DNA of 60,662 bases from a virus (taxonomy: Duplodnaviria > Caudoviricetes). Position 1 is the stretch's first letter; each line of letters opens with the position of its first letter. Shown piece after piece: positions 29,079 to 38,416 of the stretch. Made by a program: the position numbers and the translations under genes. Where the stretch lies: the IMG/VR virus record IMGVR_UViG_3300011339_000240, positions 1 through 60,662 of that record; one strand, given 5' to 3'. The notes below the pieces were generated by a model, which was not told the DNA's origin, searched no databases, and worked only from the letters and a program-made list of their open reading frames with translations.

Positions 29079-29534
29079 TTAAATACCTTTACCAAAAGTA
29101 ACACTGGAGCTTCGTTCTTTAAACAAAGGCATCCGAGGATCACTTTCTCGCATGTAAGTGTTATCTACTGAATTCATCTGATTTTCCGCTTGGTTGCGGA
29201 AATAATCATCACGTTGGTCAATAAATTCCACTGGTGTTTTGCAAAGGATAAGGCCACCAGTAACAATATTGCCGGGGAAGTCTTTGTTAGAAGACGAACC
29301 AAACAATCTAATCTCTGGGTGGTCAGATGCTTTTACGGGCTCCCAGCCCTCCTGAAGTTTTGAATTCAAGTTAGTCGGATCATCTTTGCCTAAAGTAGCG
29401 ACACGAATCCAGCGAAACGCATACCCCGGTTCCGGCTTGGGATCGGGGAGAAGCTGTGGAGGTTTCCAGCGCGTAGGACGAGCGGTAGCCTCACGAGTAT
29501 CGGTTTCTCTACTTTTGCGAATTTGTTCAGTCAT
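29079..29534 (-). CDS. Head-module protein
   Basis: GYAFRWIR, EGWEPV, GGLILCK. Confidence 0.65.
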   Translation of the reverse strand: MTEQIRKSRETDTREATARPTRWKPPQLLPDPKPEPGYAFRWIRVATLGKDDPTNLNSKLQEGWEPVKASDHPEIRLFGSSSNKDFPGNIVTGGLILCKTPVEFIDQRDDYFRNQAENQMNSVDNTYMRESDPRMPLFKERSSSVTFGKGI

Positions 29535-30487
29535 GCTTGTTTCCTCATTTCTTCAGCAACCTTACGAGCATAAAGTTCCAAAGGAACCCCAAGCCGCTTG
29601 GCGATATTTACCTGCGTTTGCGTAAGTACGATCTTTCTCGGCGCTGTACTACGTGAAGCTGGTGCTACAACATTTGATCTTGTTCGCTGAGATGGTTTCG
29701 CATCAGCGGGTTCCTCTGCAAATGCCTCAGGGAACCTTTGTTTCATATCCGCATCCACCGCAGCAAAGTATTCATCACTTGCCACAGGAATACCAGAGTC
29801 TACAATATCTTCATGGAGAGTTACTGCGTAGGCAGTCATCTTTCGATTCTTGCCCCACCATGGGTTTTTTGATACCCAGTCCTTTGTATTCTCATCCAAT
29901 TCAGGCGCTTGTGGCGCTTGCTGTTGCGGTTGTACTACAGTTTTAGGTTGTTGTAAAGGGGCCGGTTTAAAATTATTTACCTTGTCTGCACGGATTGCAG
30001 CAGTAGTTAATTTTGATTGGGCCTTAATAAGCCGGTCAGTATCCCCAGATTCATAAGCTTCTTTATATTCCCGCTGGGCATTATCAATCTCTGACTCTAC
30101 AACTTTTTTGGCTTGTTCCAATAAAGCATTTTGGTTGGTAGCCAAAGAACCTTGTAGACGTTTATTTTCTTCTACAACTGCTTCAGCCATGCGTAAAGCT
30201 TCTTCTCGCTCACGTATAGCTGCGTCTTTTGCCCTGCGTTCCTCGTGATACCCTTTATTAATATGGGCTAGTCGGTCTTTGAGCTTTTGGTCAGTATATT
30301 TAGATAGCTCTTCGTCCGTTACTGGAGCAGGAGCTTCTTTCATTGGTGTGCGATGCCTGTCCTCTACCGGCGTATCATCAACTATCTCAATATCCGGTTC
30401 CGGTTCAGGAGATACTATTTTTCCACCTTCTCGTGAATTTTTAGCTTCTACTTCATCTGGAAATTCAAATTCGGTTTTTTCAGCCAT
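29531..30487 (-). CDS. Scaffolding protein
   Basis: Acidic coiled coil, W..NPW, C-terminal IAKRLGVPLELYA. Confidence 0.75.
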   Translation of the reverse strand: MAEKTEFEFPDEVEAKNSREGGKIVSPEPEPDIEIVDDTPVEDRHRTPMKEAPAPVTDEELSKYTDQKLKDRLAHINKGYHEERRAKDAAIREREEALRMAEAVVEENKRLQGSLATNQNALLEQAKKVVESEIDNAQREYKEAYESGDTDRLIKAQSKLTTAAIRADKVNNFKPAPLQQPKTVVQPQQQAPQAPELDENTKDWVSKNPWWGKNRKMTAYAVTLHEDIVDSGIPVASDEYFAAVDADMKQRFPEAFAEEPADAKPSQRTRSNVVAPASRSTAPRKIVLTQTQVNIAKRLGVPLELYARKVAEEMRKQA

Positions 30488-30496
30488 AATAACTCC

Positions 30497-30898
30497 TTAA
30501 GGACGCTGAACGCCACGCGGATCCTGCACAACTGCTTCAACAGATTCATCGTGAATTAATCTCCACTCGGTTCCGTGGATTTTCATTCTAGTACCTGTGT
30601 TGGGCCGCGTAAGAATGAAATCTCCTACTTTGCAGCTAGGGCCGCTAGGGAATCGTTTTTCATCTTTATAAGCATCTGGCCCCATTTTTGCCACAAATAA
30701 CACGGGGGATAAAAGCTCCTCGTGGTGCATCATTTGTGCAGTTTTTACCAGCCCTGAATCTCCCATTTCCTCTTCGGCTTTGGGAACCATACACAATAAA
30801 TAATATGTGGATGGATCAGGTACTTGCCTAGCCTTTTCTTCTGGAGTAGTATTTAATACTCCAGATAAATCAACCGCAGCAACATTAAAGTCATTCAT
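30497..30898 (-). CDS. groES: Co-chaperonin GroES-like protein
   Basis: SGLV, VAKMGPDAY, CKVGDFIL, RLIHDESVEAVV. Confidence 0.8.
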   Translation of the reverse strand: MNDFNVAAVDLSGVLNTTPEEKARQVPDPSTYYLLCMVPKAEEEMGDSGLVKTAQMMHHEELLSPVLFVAKMGPDAYKDEKRFPSGPSCKVGDFILTRPNTGTRMKIHGTEWRLIHDESVEAVVQDPRGVQRP

Positions 30899-30970
30899 TT
30901 ATTTTCCTTACTATCACGCATGGGGTTTAAGCGTATTTCGGCGGGTAACCCCAGATAAACCCATCCAAAC

Positions 30971-31162
30971 CTAACTATCTGATTGTTGTAAACGCTTTTC
31001 CATATCTTTTACATAGTATAAAGATTTAGTTAAACCTAGTATCTGACCACATAAATATTTATATTCTGCAAAATCATGTATTGCACCAGAAGTAATTACT
31101 TGATTCATTTGTTGTAAATCTTCATCTATCTGTTTAATTAATACACTCATAGCATCCATCAC
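30971..31162 (-). CDS. Hypothetical protein
   Basis: DFAEYKYLCGQI.GL; coupled to the portal gene. Confidence 0.65.
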   Translation of the reverse strand: MMDAMSVLIKQIDEDLQQMNQVITSGAIHDFAEYKYLCGQILGLTKSLYYVKDMEKRLQQSDS

Positions 31163-33636
31163 ATACCTCCGGGAGTTAGTTTCTGTTGCTGAAGTTGATC
31201 TTTATGCATCATGCCTTGTTGATGTACTTGGGCTTGTTGTTGTTGGGCTTGGGCTTGGGCAGCTTGCGCTTGAGCAGCTTTTTGAGCATTAATTTGAAGC
31301 TGTTGCTGATGCAGTTGTTCTGCCTGCATAGCTTCTTGTTCAATCTGCATCGGGCTGATGCCACTCTTATCTGCATCTAAAGCTAGTCTTGCTTGAGCCA
31401 GATTAATGTCCGCTTCAATTTTTCTAACGTCTGCATCAGTCTTTTGCTTCTTAATCTGAAGCTCTTGCATTTGCATTTGAATAATTGGGTCTTGCATCTG
31501 TTGTTGTGCTTGGACTTGCGCCGCTTGAGCTTTATTCATCTGCAACAATTGCTGTGATGCCTGTGCAACAGCACGGGACAATTCAACTTCAAGCTCAGGA
31601 GAAAGCTCAACGTCCGGCTTAGGCAATGGAGCGCCAAGGCGTTCTTCAATCTTGACGCGGTACAAGAATCCTAGATGCTCTGCAATATGCGACTGAATAG
31701 CTGCTTGCATTTGTTGAGCCATAGGGTTTTGACCAATCTGTGCTGCAATCATTGGGTCTTGCATAAAGGTTGAATGCACAGCAATGTGAGCTTCGTGGTC
31801 TTGGTAGATAAATGCCTTAGTAGGTTTACCTTTGAGAAAAGCCATGTTTTCACTAATAGGATCACGCGGTTTCTGGTCATCCTCAATGGGCACAATTTTG
31901 TCGGCATTTTTAACACCCAGCACTTCAATCATCTGGCGATGTAAGTACGGCAGGTTATAAATATTAGGAGCTTGAGCAGACAATTGGGTAACTGCCTGAT
32001 ACTGCATAATCCGCTGCGCCATCGTGGTGCTATTGGGATCGCTGACCGGAATAATCTCAACCAAGTCATAGTCTGCTTGTTTGGCTTTACGGTTTCCGCC
32101 TTCTGGTTTATAGTTGTATTCTTCTGGCGTATGGTCACGAATTAATTCTTTAAGCAGTTTAAATTCCTGCTTCATAGAATAGTGAACACGCGCCTGCACC
32201 GCGCTCATTGTTTTTAACTGACGCTCTAACAAAGCTAGCGTAGTTCCTACAGGCGCATTAGCGCCCATGTCACTTACTTGGATATCAGCTATTGAACCAA
32301 GGCGACGGCCTTCTTCTGTAATCTGATTAAGCAGGGCCAGCAATACTTGGCTTGGCTCTTTATAGGGAAGCGGCATGATGTTGTCACGGATTGATCCAGA
32401 CGCAACATCAACATCCCTAAATTCTCCCGGCGCAATAGGAGTATCGTCACCCTTAACTCTAAGGCCACGGGCTTTCATACCTCCGGGCAAGTTGCTCAAA
32501 GTACCAGCATCTACCAACTGGCGAATTAAAGAAGTACCCGCACGGGCATATCCACCAATCAGGTGAATCAGTCCTAAGCCATAAGCTCCAAAGCCGGGTA
32601 CATACGTGTACTGTACAAAGTGTTGGCGCTTTTGTTTTGTCTTGTCATCCTCTTCCCAGTTACGGCGTATGGCTAGGATTTCAGTAGTACTACGATCAAT
32701 GGTAACTACATAAGGGCGGGCTACTCCATCTTTATCCTCGTACCCCGGCATGTCGTAGTCAACGTGGATTTCATAAATCTGGTAGCGGTCATCGTCAGTT
32801 AATGAATAGCCTTGGCCTTCGGCTTTTTTCTTTTCTACGTCAGTATGTGTGTTGTCTGGCTCACCTAGATCAATATCCCGATAAAAGCCTGCAACTTGTA
32901 AATGACGGATTTCATTTTTAGTCTTACGCATTAAGTGCGTAACACGTTCCGCTGTATTGGCACTAGATGCGCCATAGGGAATAATTAAATCTTCGGCAGG
33001 AATAAACATTGCCGTTTGGCGATTTAAAGCAGGGTCAAAGTAGACCTTTTTAAATGCTGCTCCAGCTAGACCAAGGTTATACAAAAGCCGTTCATGTTCA
33101 GGCCGGTACTCGGTCATTACATCTGTTAGCTGGTAGTTCATGTCCTCACGAACACGCTCTGCTGCTTCTACAGTTTGCTCATCGTCATCACCAATAATTT
33201 GAGTCTTAACTGGGCCTTGTGCCGGGAAGCTTTCAGTAATTGTTTCACTTTGGAAACGGATAGCTGCTTCGGTAAGAATAGTAGAGAAAACTCCACAAGC
33301 GCCATTCCAAGGTTCTGTTCTTTCTTCGTAGTTCATGCCAAGGACTTCTAGTCCTTTTACATACATCTCTACCCAGTCTTTTCTAGATTGGATATCTGAT
33401 TCCACTAACTCTATTAACTCCGAGCCAAGTTTTTGTAACTCGCCCTCGTCCATTGCTTCGGCTAGGTTTTCATCAAAGTCACCTTCTGCATGGGAGAGAA
33501 TTTCAATCTCCATGTCCCCCGCATGAACTGTAACGCTATCAGGATTCTCAATTTCAATCTCAAGCGCATCTTCAATATTTTCATCAATACCCATTGGCGC
33601 TTGATACAGAGAAGGGGCCATGCTATTGGTTGCCAT
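31159..33636 (-). CDS. Portal protein
   Basis: 825 aa after terL; RTEPWNGAC, FKKVYFD, GAYGLGLIHL, long Q-rich C-terminal helix. Confidence 0.9.
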   Translation of the reverse strand: MATNSMAPSLYQAPMGIDENIEDALEIEIENPDSVTVHAGDMEIEILSHAEGDFDENLAEAMDEGELQKLGSELIELVESDIQSRKDWVEMYVKGLEVLGMNYEERTEPWNGACGVFSTILTEAAIRFQSETITESFPAQGPVKTQIIGDDDEQTVEAAERVREDMNYQLTDVMTEYRPEHERLLYNLGLAGAAFKKVYFDPALNRQTAMFIPAEDLIIPYGASSANTAERVTHLMRKTKNEIRHLQVAGFYRDIDLGEPDNTHTDVEKKKAEGQGYSLTDDDRYQIYEIHVDYDMPGYEDKDGVARPYVVTIDRSTTEILAIRRNWEEDDKTKQKRQHFVQYTYVPGFGAYGLGLIHLIGGYARAGTSLIRQLVDAGTLSNLPGGMKARGLRVKGDDTPIAPGEFRDVDVASGSIRDNIMPLPYKEPSQVLLALLNQITEEGRRLGSIADIQVSDMGANAPVGTTLALLERQLKTMSAVQARVHYSMKQEFKLLKELIRDHTPEEYNYKPEGGNRKAKQADYDLVEIIPVSDPNSTTMAQRIMQYQAVTQLSAQAPNIYNLPYLHRQMIEVLGVKNADKIVPIEDDQKPRDPISENMAFLKGKPTKAFIYQDHEAHIAVHSTFMQDPMIAAQIGQNPMAQQMQAAIQSHIAEHLGFLYRVKIEERLGAPLPKPDVELSPELEVELSRAVAQASQQLLQMNKAQAAQVQAQQQMQDPIIQMQMQELQIKKQKTDADVRKIEADINLAQARLALDADKSGISPMQIEQEAMQAEQLHQQQLQINAQKAAQAQAAQAQAQQQQAQVHQQGMMHKDQLQQQKLTPGGM

Positions 33637-33645
33637 ATGTATTCC

Positions 33646-36033
33646 TTAATAGTAAGTGTTCTTGCGGCGGAAACTCTTTATCTCTTCTTTTTCATCTGAG
33701 TCCAGACGGATAAAGCCACCTTTTCTAAACCGAATTAATGCCTGTGTTGATGAGTCCACCAAGTCATCGTGATCCCCGTTTGGGAAAGCTGCCATCTGCT
33801 CAATCACTTCTGTAGCCCACCTTGTTTCAGGAGCCCACACTTTACCACTACTAAATAAATCAGTAATAGAATTTATCCGCACAAATTTATCATTGCCACG
33901 GGTAGGTGTGTATTCTGACACAGGGATTCCCATTTGTCTAAGCTCAAACACAAGCGGAGCGCCAGCAGCTTTGGCTTCAATAATACAAGCATCAGGCTCC
34001 CAGTCCTGATACATAACAAGAGCCTTTGCCTTCAGTTCAGGGAACTCCATCCTCTTTTGGAACGCATCTAACAGGATAATGTTTATATTATTAGGGTCAT
34101 CATTTAACCCAAAGACACCCCAAGTCGTGCAGGCAGAATAGTCAGACCTCTCGTTTTTTGTAAACGCCGTATCCCAAGACTGAATAATAAAATCACAAGG
34201 CGGCGGTCTTTCTGCTTTCCAAATCTTCCACCACTCTCTTTTAACTAACGCACCCTCCTCCCCAGTAGGAGTCTGTTGATATTGTGCGTACCATTTAGCC
34301 GGGGGTAGTTCATCCCTTAAAGCCTCCAATTCCTTAGCCGACCAGAATTCAGGCCATAAGGGTTTACCCGAAGGCATGATGGCTGGGAATTCAATGACTT
34401 CCCACTCCTCCCCTTTGTCTCGGAGCATGGCATCTTTGATAACTCTGCCGGTCAGATCTCTCTCACCCCAGCGGGTATTATGGCTAACTACTCCATTTGC
34501 AATAAAGTTTTCAGTCCGGTCAACCTCAACATCAAAAACTTCTTCTTTTCCTGAATAGGCAATGCTAACTATTGGATTTGCCGTAAAGTCGGAGATACGA
34601 TGCAGCTCGCTCAAGAATGCTTGCTGTTTTTCCATATCCAACTGCAAGATTGCAGTCGTTACACAATAATCCTCTGATTTTCCCTGTGGTGTGGCAGTGG
34701 TCAATACAGAGTTTTCCGTTCCAATGCGCCCTTGTATTTTTTTCTGAAGGCGGTTTACCGCAGACATCGCAGAGGTTATTGCGGTCTTGAACCATACGCT
34801 CGTACTGCTCTTGGGTAATTCCGTAGCGGTGTTTAATACGATGTTTGCGCGCTTGGTCTGAAGATTTTTTTGGTGTGTATGTTTTACCGTAATGCGTAGA
34901 ACATAACCCACGACTTGCAATAATTTTGCTGCACCCTTCAACGCTGCATGTAAGACCTTTCCACTTCCCATGATGCCCAATCGGTTGATAAGGGGCATCT
35001 GGATTTTTCCGGTGGTAACTTTCTCTTGCTTGGCAAGGTGCACACTTTCCGGGCTTAATTTGTGATCTTGCTGGGCGTTGGCATCCTTCGTTGTTACAAG
35101 CAACATACCCTGTTTTAAGTGTTTTAGTCTTGTCCATTCCAGTACACCTTTATTCATTACAAGAAACGGATGCCTCTCGTTTGCTCGAATAATTATACCA
35201 GATTGTGTTTGTACTGTGTATATAGAATCAACACCACTTGACCGCCAATTGTTAACTTTGCTGGCGTTTAATTTACCTTTGTCAAACGTAGCTACCATGT
35301 CTCCGGGGCGGATGTTTTTTAACTGGGTATTTGTACCATTTGCCATTAAGACATTAGTATCTCCCGTCATGCACATCACAATAACAATTGCCCCACCCGG
35401 CTGCAAACGCTGACGCGGCCCAGATGTGTACCACTCATACACTTTGTCAAAGACAGACGGATCACCAGACGCTAAAGCCGCTTCTTGTTCTGAATGTGGG
35501 TCATCAATAATAAGTAAGTCTGCCCCTTTGCCGGTAACAGTTCCCCCCACCCCGATAGCAAAGTATTCCCCGTTCTGATTAGTCGCCCACCTACCAGCGG
35601 CTTTACTGTCCTGTCTCAAACTTACATTAGGGAATACCCTAGCATACGTCTCTGACCCAACCAAGTTCCTAACCTTCCGTCCAAATCCTACCGCGAGATC
35701 CGCCGTGTTAGAAGATTGAATCACTTTCTTATCAGGGTACTTCCCTAAGAACCAAGACGTTAGTAAATAAGAGGCAAACTCACTTTTAGTGTGGCGAGGC
35801 GGCATATTGATGATGAGCCTCTTCAAACTCCCATCGGCAATAGCCTCGAATTTTTTTGCCATTACAGCGTGGTGTCTCCCGTGGATAAATCCGGGCCACA
35901 TCAGTTTCACATACTCCATAAAAGACTTCTGAGCCAGCTCCCGCGACAAAGCACCCTTGTACTCCATCACATCCGCCATGAACTTTTCGTATTCAGCGGG
36001 CTCTAACTTGTCAATCAAGTCCTCTAGCTTCAT
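33646..36033 (-). CDS. terL: Terminase large subunit with intein (mature ~496 aa)
   Basis: MPPRHTKS Walker A, LIIDDP Walker B, IVIVM|TRW split by the intein, SWDTA, IIEAKA, HDDLVDS nuclease motifs. Confidence 0.95.
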   Translation of the reverse strand: MKLEDLIDKLEPAEYEKFMADVMEYKGALSRELAQKSFMEYVKLMWPGFIHGRHHAVMAKKFEAIADGSLKRLIINMPPRHTKSEFASYLLTSWFLGKYPDKKVIQSSNTADLAVGFGRKVRNLVGSETYARVFPNVSLRQDSKAAGRWATNQNGEYFAIGVGGTVTGKGADLLIIDDPHSEQEAALASGDPSVFDKVYEWYTSGPRQRLQPGGAIVIVMCMTGDTNVLMANGTNTQLKNIRPGDMVATFDKGKLNASKVNNWRSSGVDSIYTVQTQSGIIIRANERHPFLVMNKGVLEWTRLKHLKQGMLLVTTKDANAQQDHKLSPESVHLAKQEKVTTGKIQMPLINRLGIMGSGKVLHAALKGAAKLLQVVGYVLRITVKHTHQKNLQTKRANIVLNTATELPKSSTSVWFKTAITSAMSAVNRLQKKIQGRIGTENSVLTTATPQGKSEDYCVTTAILQLDMEKQQAFLSELHRISDFTANPIVSIAYSGKEEVFDVEVDRTENFIANGVVSHNTRWGERDLTGRVIKDAMLRDKGEEWEVIEFPAIMPSGKPLWPEFWSAKELEALRDELPPAKWYAQYQQTPTGEEGALVKREWWKIWKAERPPPCDFIIQSWDTAFTKNERSDYSACTTWGVFGLNDDPNNINIILLDAFQKRMEFPELKAKALVMYQDWEPDACIIEAKAAGAPLVFELRQMGIPVSEYTPTRGNDKFVRINSITDLFSSGKVWAPETRWATEVIEQMAAFPNGDHDDLVDSSTQALIRFRKGGFIRLDSDEKEEIKSFRRKNTYY
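34477..35373 (-). mobile_element. Intein (299 aa) in terminase ATPase coupling motif
   Basis: Block A CMTGDTNVLMANG, block B ANERHPFL, blocks F/G VFDVEVDRTENFIANGVVSHN, +1 Thr. Confidence 0.92.
34565..35137 (-). CDS. Endonuclease VII-family homing endonuclease nested out of frame in the intein
   Basis: RYGIT..QY, CDVC, LCIDHCHTTGKIRGLLCNDCN; two N-terminal Zn-finger-like motifs; AAGGTG SD-like sequence upstream. Confidence 0.88.
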   Translation of the reverse strand: MDKTKTLKTGYVACNNEGCQRPARSQIKPGKCAPCQARESYHRKNPDAPYQPIGHHGKWKGLTCSVEGCSKIIASRGLCSTHYGKTYTPKKSSDQARKHRIKHRYGITQEQYERMVQDRNNLCDVCGKPPSEKNTRAHWNGKLCIDHCHTTGKIRGLLCNDCNLAVGYGKTASILERAASYLRLYGKSNS

Positions 36034-36347
36034 TGGATAGTCCTAAAGTTAATGTAAACCGGTCTGACCGTCCTACCCTTACCCTTTAACCTCTTCACCA
36101 CCCCCAAATCCACTAAGTTATCCACAATCCGCTTCGTATTTCCCAGCCCCATCTTTCCCCGCTGGTAAGCAATCTCCCTCAAAGACGGCGAATACCCAAA
36201 CTTCTTCCACCATTCATCAATAATTAAGAACACTTCACTCTGTCCGGGGCTCATATCCTTCTCCATACACTGTTCATACGTAAAATCCGCCAACTTTCGC
36301 GTCATCTTCTTGTTTATTTGCACTGTTCCCATACAAATCCTTACCAA
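36030..36347 (-). CDS. LexA-type winged-helix DNA-binding protein (no peptidase domain)
   Basis: SPGQSEVF..I...W...GYSPSLREIA; true start may be further downstream. Confidence 0.7.
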   Translation of the reverse strand: MVRICMGTVQINKKMTRKLADFTYEQCMEKDMSPGQSEVFLIIDEWWKKFGYSPSLREIAYQRGKMGLGNTKRIVDNLVDLGVVKRLKGKGRTVRPVYINFRTIQ

Positions 36348-36431
36348 AATTACTATTCTTGTGAAAACCGAGGCAACTTTGCTCTAAATTTCTGCATTTT
36401 TGCCGTTTTCATTTAGTAAAAAGCCGTTATA

Positions 36432-36495
36432 AATCAACTGTTTAGCTACGATATCTAGACTTTAGGTGTCATCTGGTAACGTTACCACTCGGAAT
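36432..36495. promoter_or_regulatory. IHF-consensus box plus 16-bp palindrome (copy 1)
   Basis: AATCAACTGTTTA 36432-36444; CTGGTAACGTTACCAC 36473-36488. Confidence 0.7.
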
Positions 36496-36555
36496 AATTG
36501 TGAAAACGATAAGAAACGTGTTTCCAAATTTTATATACCCCCCACCCCTTTTTAT

Positions 36556-37233
36556 TTAGGAAGATAAGGGGGGGTCTTCTGGAAAATCAGGATTTTCTTG
36601 AGGCACTTCGAGTGGAATAGTATGTAAATAATTCAGGGACTCCTCGCTGTCGTTTGGGGGGGTGGCGGGTGGGTGGGGTGCGAGTTCGGCGAGTAGTGAA
36701 TCGGCATCTACGTCCACGGCATCGATTGATTGTGCGCGCATGATGGCCCGCAGTTGTTCAAGTACCTGTGCGCGAGCATCGACACTATGCTTGATGGTCG
36801 TTACTTCCTTCCTCTCAGTGAAGGCCGCCACTTCGGTAACAGTGCCCAGCACCTTCGCAGCGGCGACCTTTGTGGCCTGTTTCGCATCGGGATCGATCAC
36901 CACTTGCACTAGGGATTGAATGACTAAAGCACGGAGAGCCGCAGGGGATTGGTATTCCTGAGCCGCTAATGCAAGCTTGTAAGCTTCGATTTCACGGGAC
37001 ACCAATGGGTTTCGCGCTACCGCATAAGGCTCTGATACGATTGTAGAGGGCGCTGCATTGGGTTTATATGATCGCCTATAGGCTTCGGCCTTAGTTGATC
37101 CCCTCGCTACTTCCCTAGCGAATGTCTTTTGTTTATGTGTTAACTCGCGGGAAACGCTAGAAGAAAACAATTGATCTAGTGGTACTGTATCTAATGCTTG
37201 GTTTACTTGCTTACGAGATAACTTGCCTGCCAT
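36556..37233 (-). CDS. terS: Terminase small subunit
   Basis: LTHKQKTFAREVARG.TKAEAYRRSY HTH; upstream of terL; start moved to MAGKLS. Confidence 0.7.
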   Translation of the reverse strand: MAGKLSRKQVNQALDTVPLDQLFSSSVSRELTHKQKTFAREVARGSTKAEAYRRSYKPNAAPSTIVSEPYAVARNPLVSREIEAYKLALAAQEYQSPAALRALVIQSLVQVVIDPDAKQATKVAAAKVLGTVTEVAAFTERKEVTTIKHSVDARAQVLEQLRAIMRAQSIDAVDVDADSLLAELAPHPPATPPNDSEESLNYLHTIPLEVPQENPDFPEDPPLSS

Positions 37234-37506
37234 GGCTTCGCCTTTTAACGGGGCCGCGACCGCCGCGACCATGCGCGGATTATAGGAACAAATCAGGAAA
37301 CCGCAATAGCCTGTATAAAACCCCAGTAGCAATCCATACCATTGTCCCTAAAAACCACTGTATATAAACCCATTAGGGTTTTGGAGGGGTCTTATAGATC
37401 AACAACTTACAAGAGTTGGCACGATTCTATTATGCTATATAGGGTAAGAGGGTAACATTTTAACAGGTAGCACTAGCCCTCTGCTACCACCTACAAAGGC
37501 CACACA

Positions 37507-37722
37507 ATGAACAAAGCCACTTACCGCGCACACCGCCGCAGCATCCGCGATAACGGACTGCAATACACAATCAACCGCGCCGACAAGATGACAGGCTACC
37601 AATTGGCAAAACTGGACATTCTCGCCAACCGCCCCGACTTACTCGCTTGGCGCGTGAAATGGTTAGCGCAGCCGGACACTAGCCGCCTTAATATTTTGAA
37701 ACTTACATCGACAATAGCTTGA
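37507..37722 (+). CDS. Early hypothetical protein
   Basis: AAAGG RBS; first gene of the plus-strand cluster. Confidence 0.6.
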   Translation: MNKATYRAHRRSIRDNGLQYTINRADKMTGYQLAKLDILANRPDLLAWRVKWLAQPDTSRLNILKLTSTIA

Positions 37723-37782
37723 CCGACTGTAAGCCCTTCGCTGGAGGGTTTACGGGCGCTTATGCCAAACAGAAAGGCCACT
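37720..37782 (+). repeat. Intergenic hairpin repeat, copy A
   Basis: CTGTAAGCCCT..AGGGTTTACGGGC..GCCAAACAG; related copies at 38354 and 40086. Confidence 0.8.
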
Positions 37783-37914
37783 ATGTACACCGCACAGAAA
37801 AATGCCCACGGGAATATCATTGTTTGCAAGGGCGCAGATGTCCGCAATTCATACCGCATTGTTTATTCCGGCACTTATGCCGAATGCTTACGCTTTAAAG
37901 CCCTAGGGGAATGA
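37783..37914 (+). CDS. Early hypothetical protein (43 aa)
   Basis: MYTAQKNAHGNIIVCKG..; RBS lies in the repeat. Confidence 0.6.
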   Translation: MYTAQKNAHGNIIVCKGADVRNSYRIVYSGTYAECLRFKALGE

Positions 37915-37918
37915 CACC

Positions 37919-38080
37919 ATGAAAAATTACACTTTCACCCTTTTTTATGTTTTTAAAACGTTTGTTTTTTTAGTGGGCGCGCTAGTCGCTACCATCTTAA
38001 ATATTGACGCTGGAAACCTAATAGCCGCCGGACTGCTATCGCTAGCCGCGATCCCCCTTTTCGCTTACTTCGGAGAATAA
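37919..38080 (+). CDS. Small membrane protein (53 aa)
   Basis: Two hydrophobic segments. Confidence 0.5.
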   Translation: MKNYTFTLFYVFKTFVFLVGALVATILNIDAGNLIAAGLLSLAAIPLFAYFGE

Positions 38081-38083
38081 ACC

Positions 38084-38356
38084 ATGCACACCACAAAAAC
38101 ACACGAAACCATTGAGTACAACATTGGCGGGCATTATTTGTCTGCCCTAATAAATTGTGATCTGTCCGGCCTTGCCGATGAAGAAGCCGCCGCGCTGGAG
38201 GATTTTGAATTTCAAGCCCGATGCGATGCGCCCGCAGGGTTTGAGTTTGGGCACTTTAGCTGCCCCGATGGAGAGCCCGACAATTTTATGATGTGCGAAA
38301 TATCCGGACAAATGGCGCAGACGATACCAGTAGCCGCTATTTATTGGGCTAAGTGA
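38084..38356 (+). CDS. Early hypothetical acidic protein
   Basis: GGAG RBS; SALINCDLSGL. Confidence 0.65.
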   Translation: MHTTKTHETIEYNIGGHYLSALINCDLSGLADEEAAALEDFEFQARCDAPAGFEFGHFSCPDGEPDNFMMCEISGQMAQTIPVAAIYWAK

Positions 38357-38416
38357 CGGACTGTAAGCCCTGCGCGCAGGGTTTACGGGCAATCACGCCA
38401 ACAGGAGAAATAAACC
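38354..38416 (+). repeat. Intergenic hairpin repeat, copy B
   Basis: CTGTAAGCCCTGCGCGCAGGGTTTACGGGC. Confidence 0.8.

Noticed and set aside
37417-37436. Canonical sigma54 promoter
   Set aside because: -24 TGGCACG is present but the -12 TTGC is not at the required spacing
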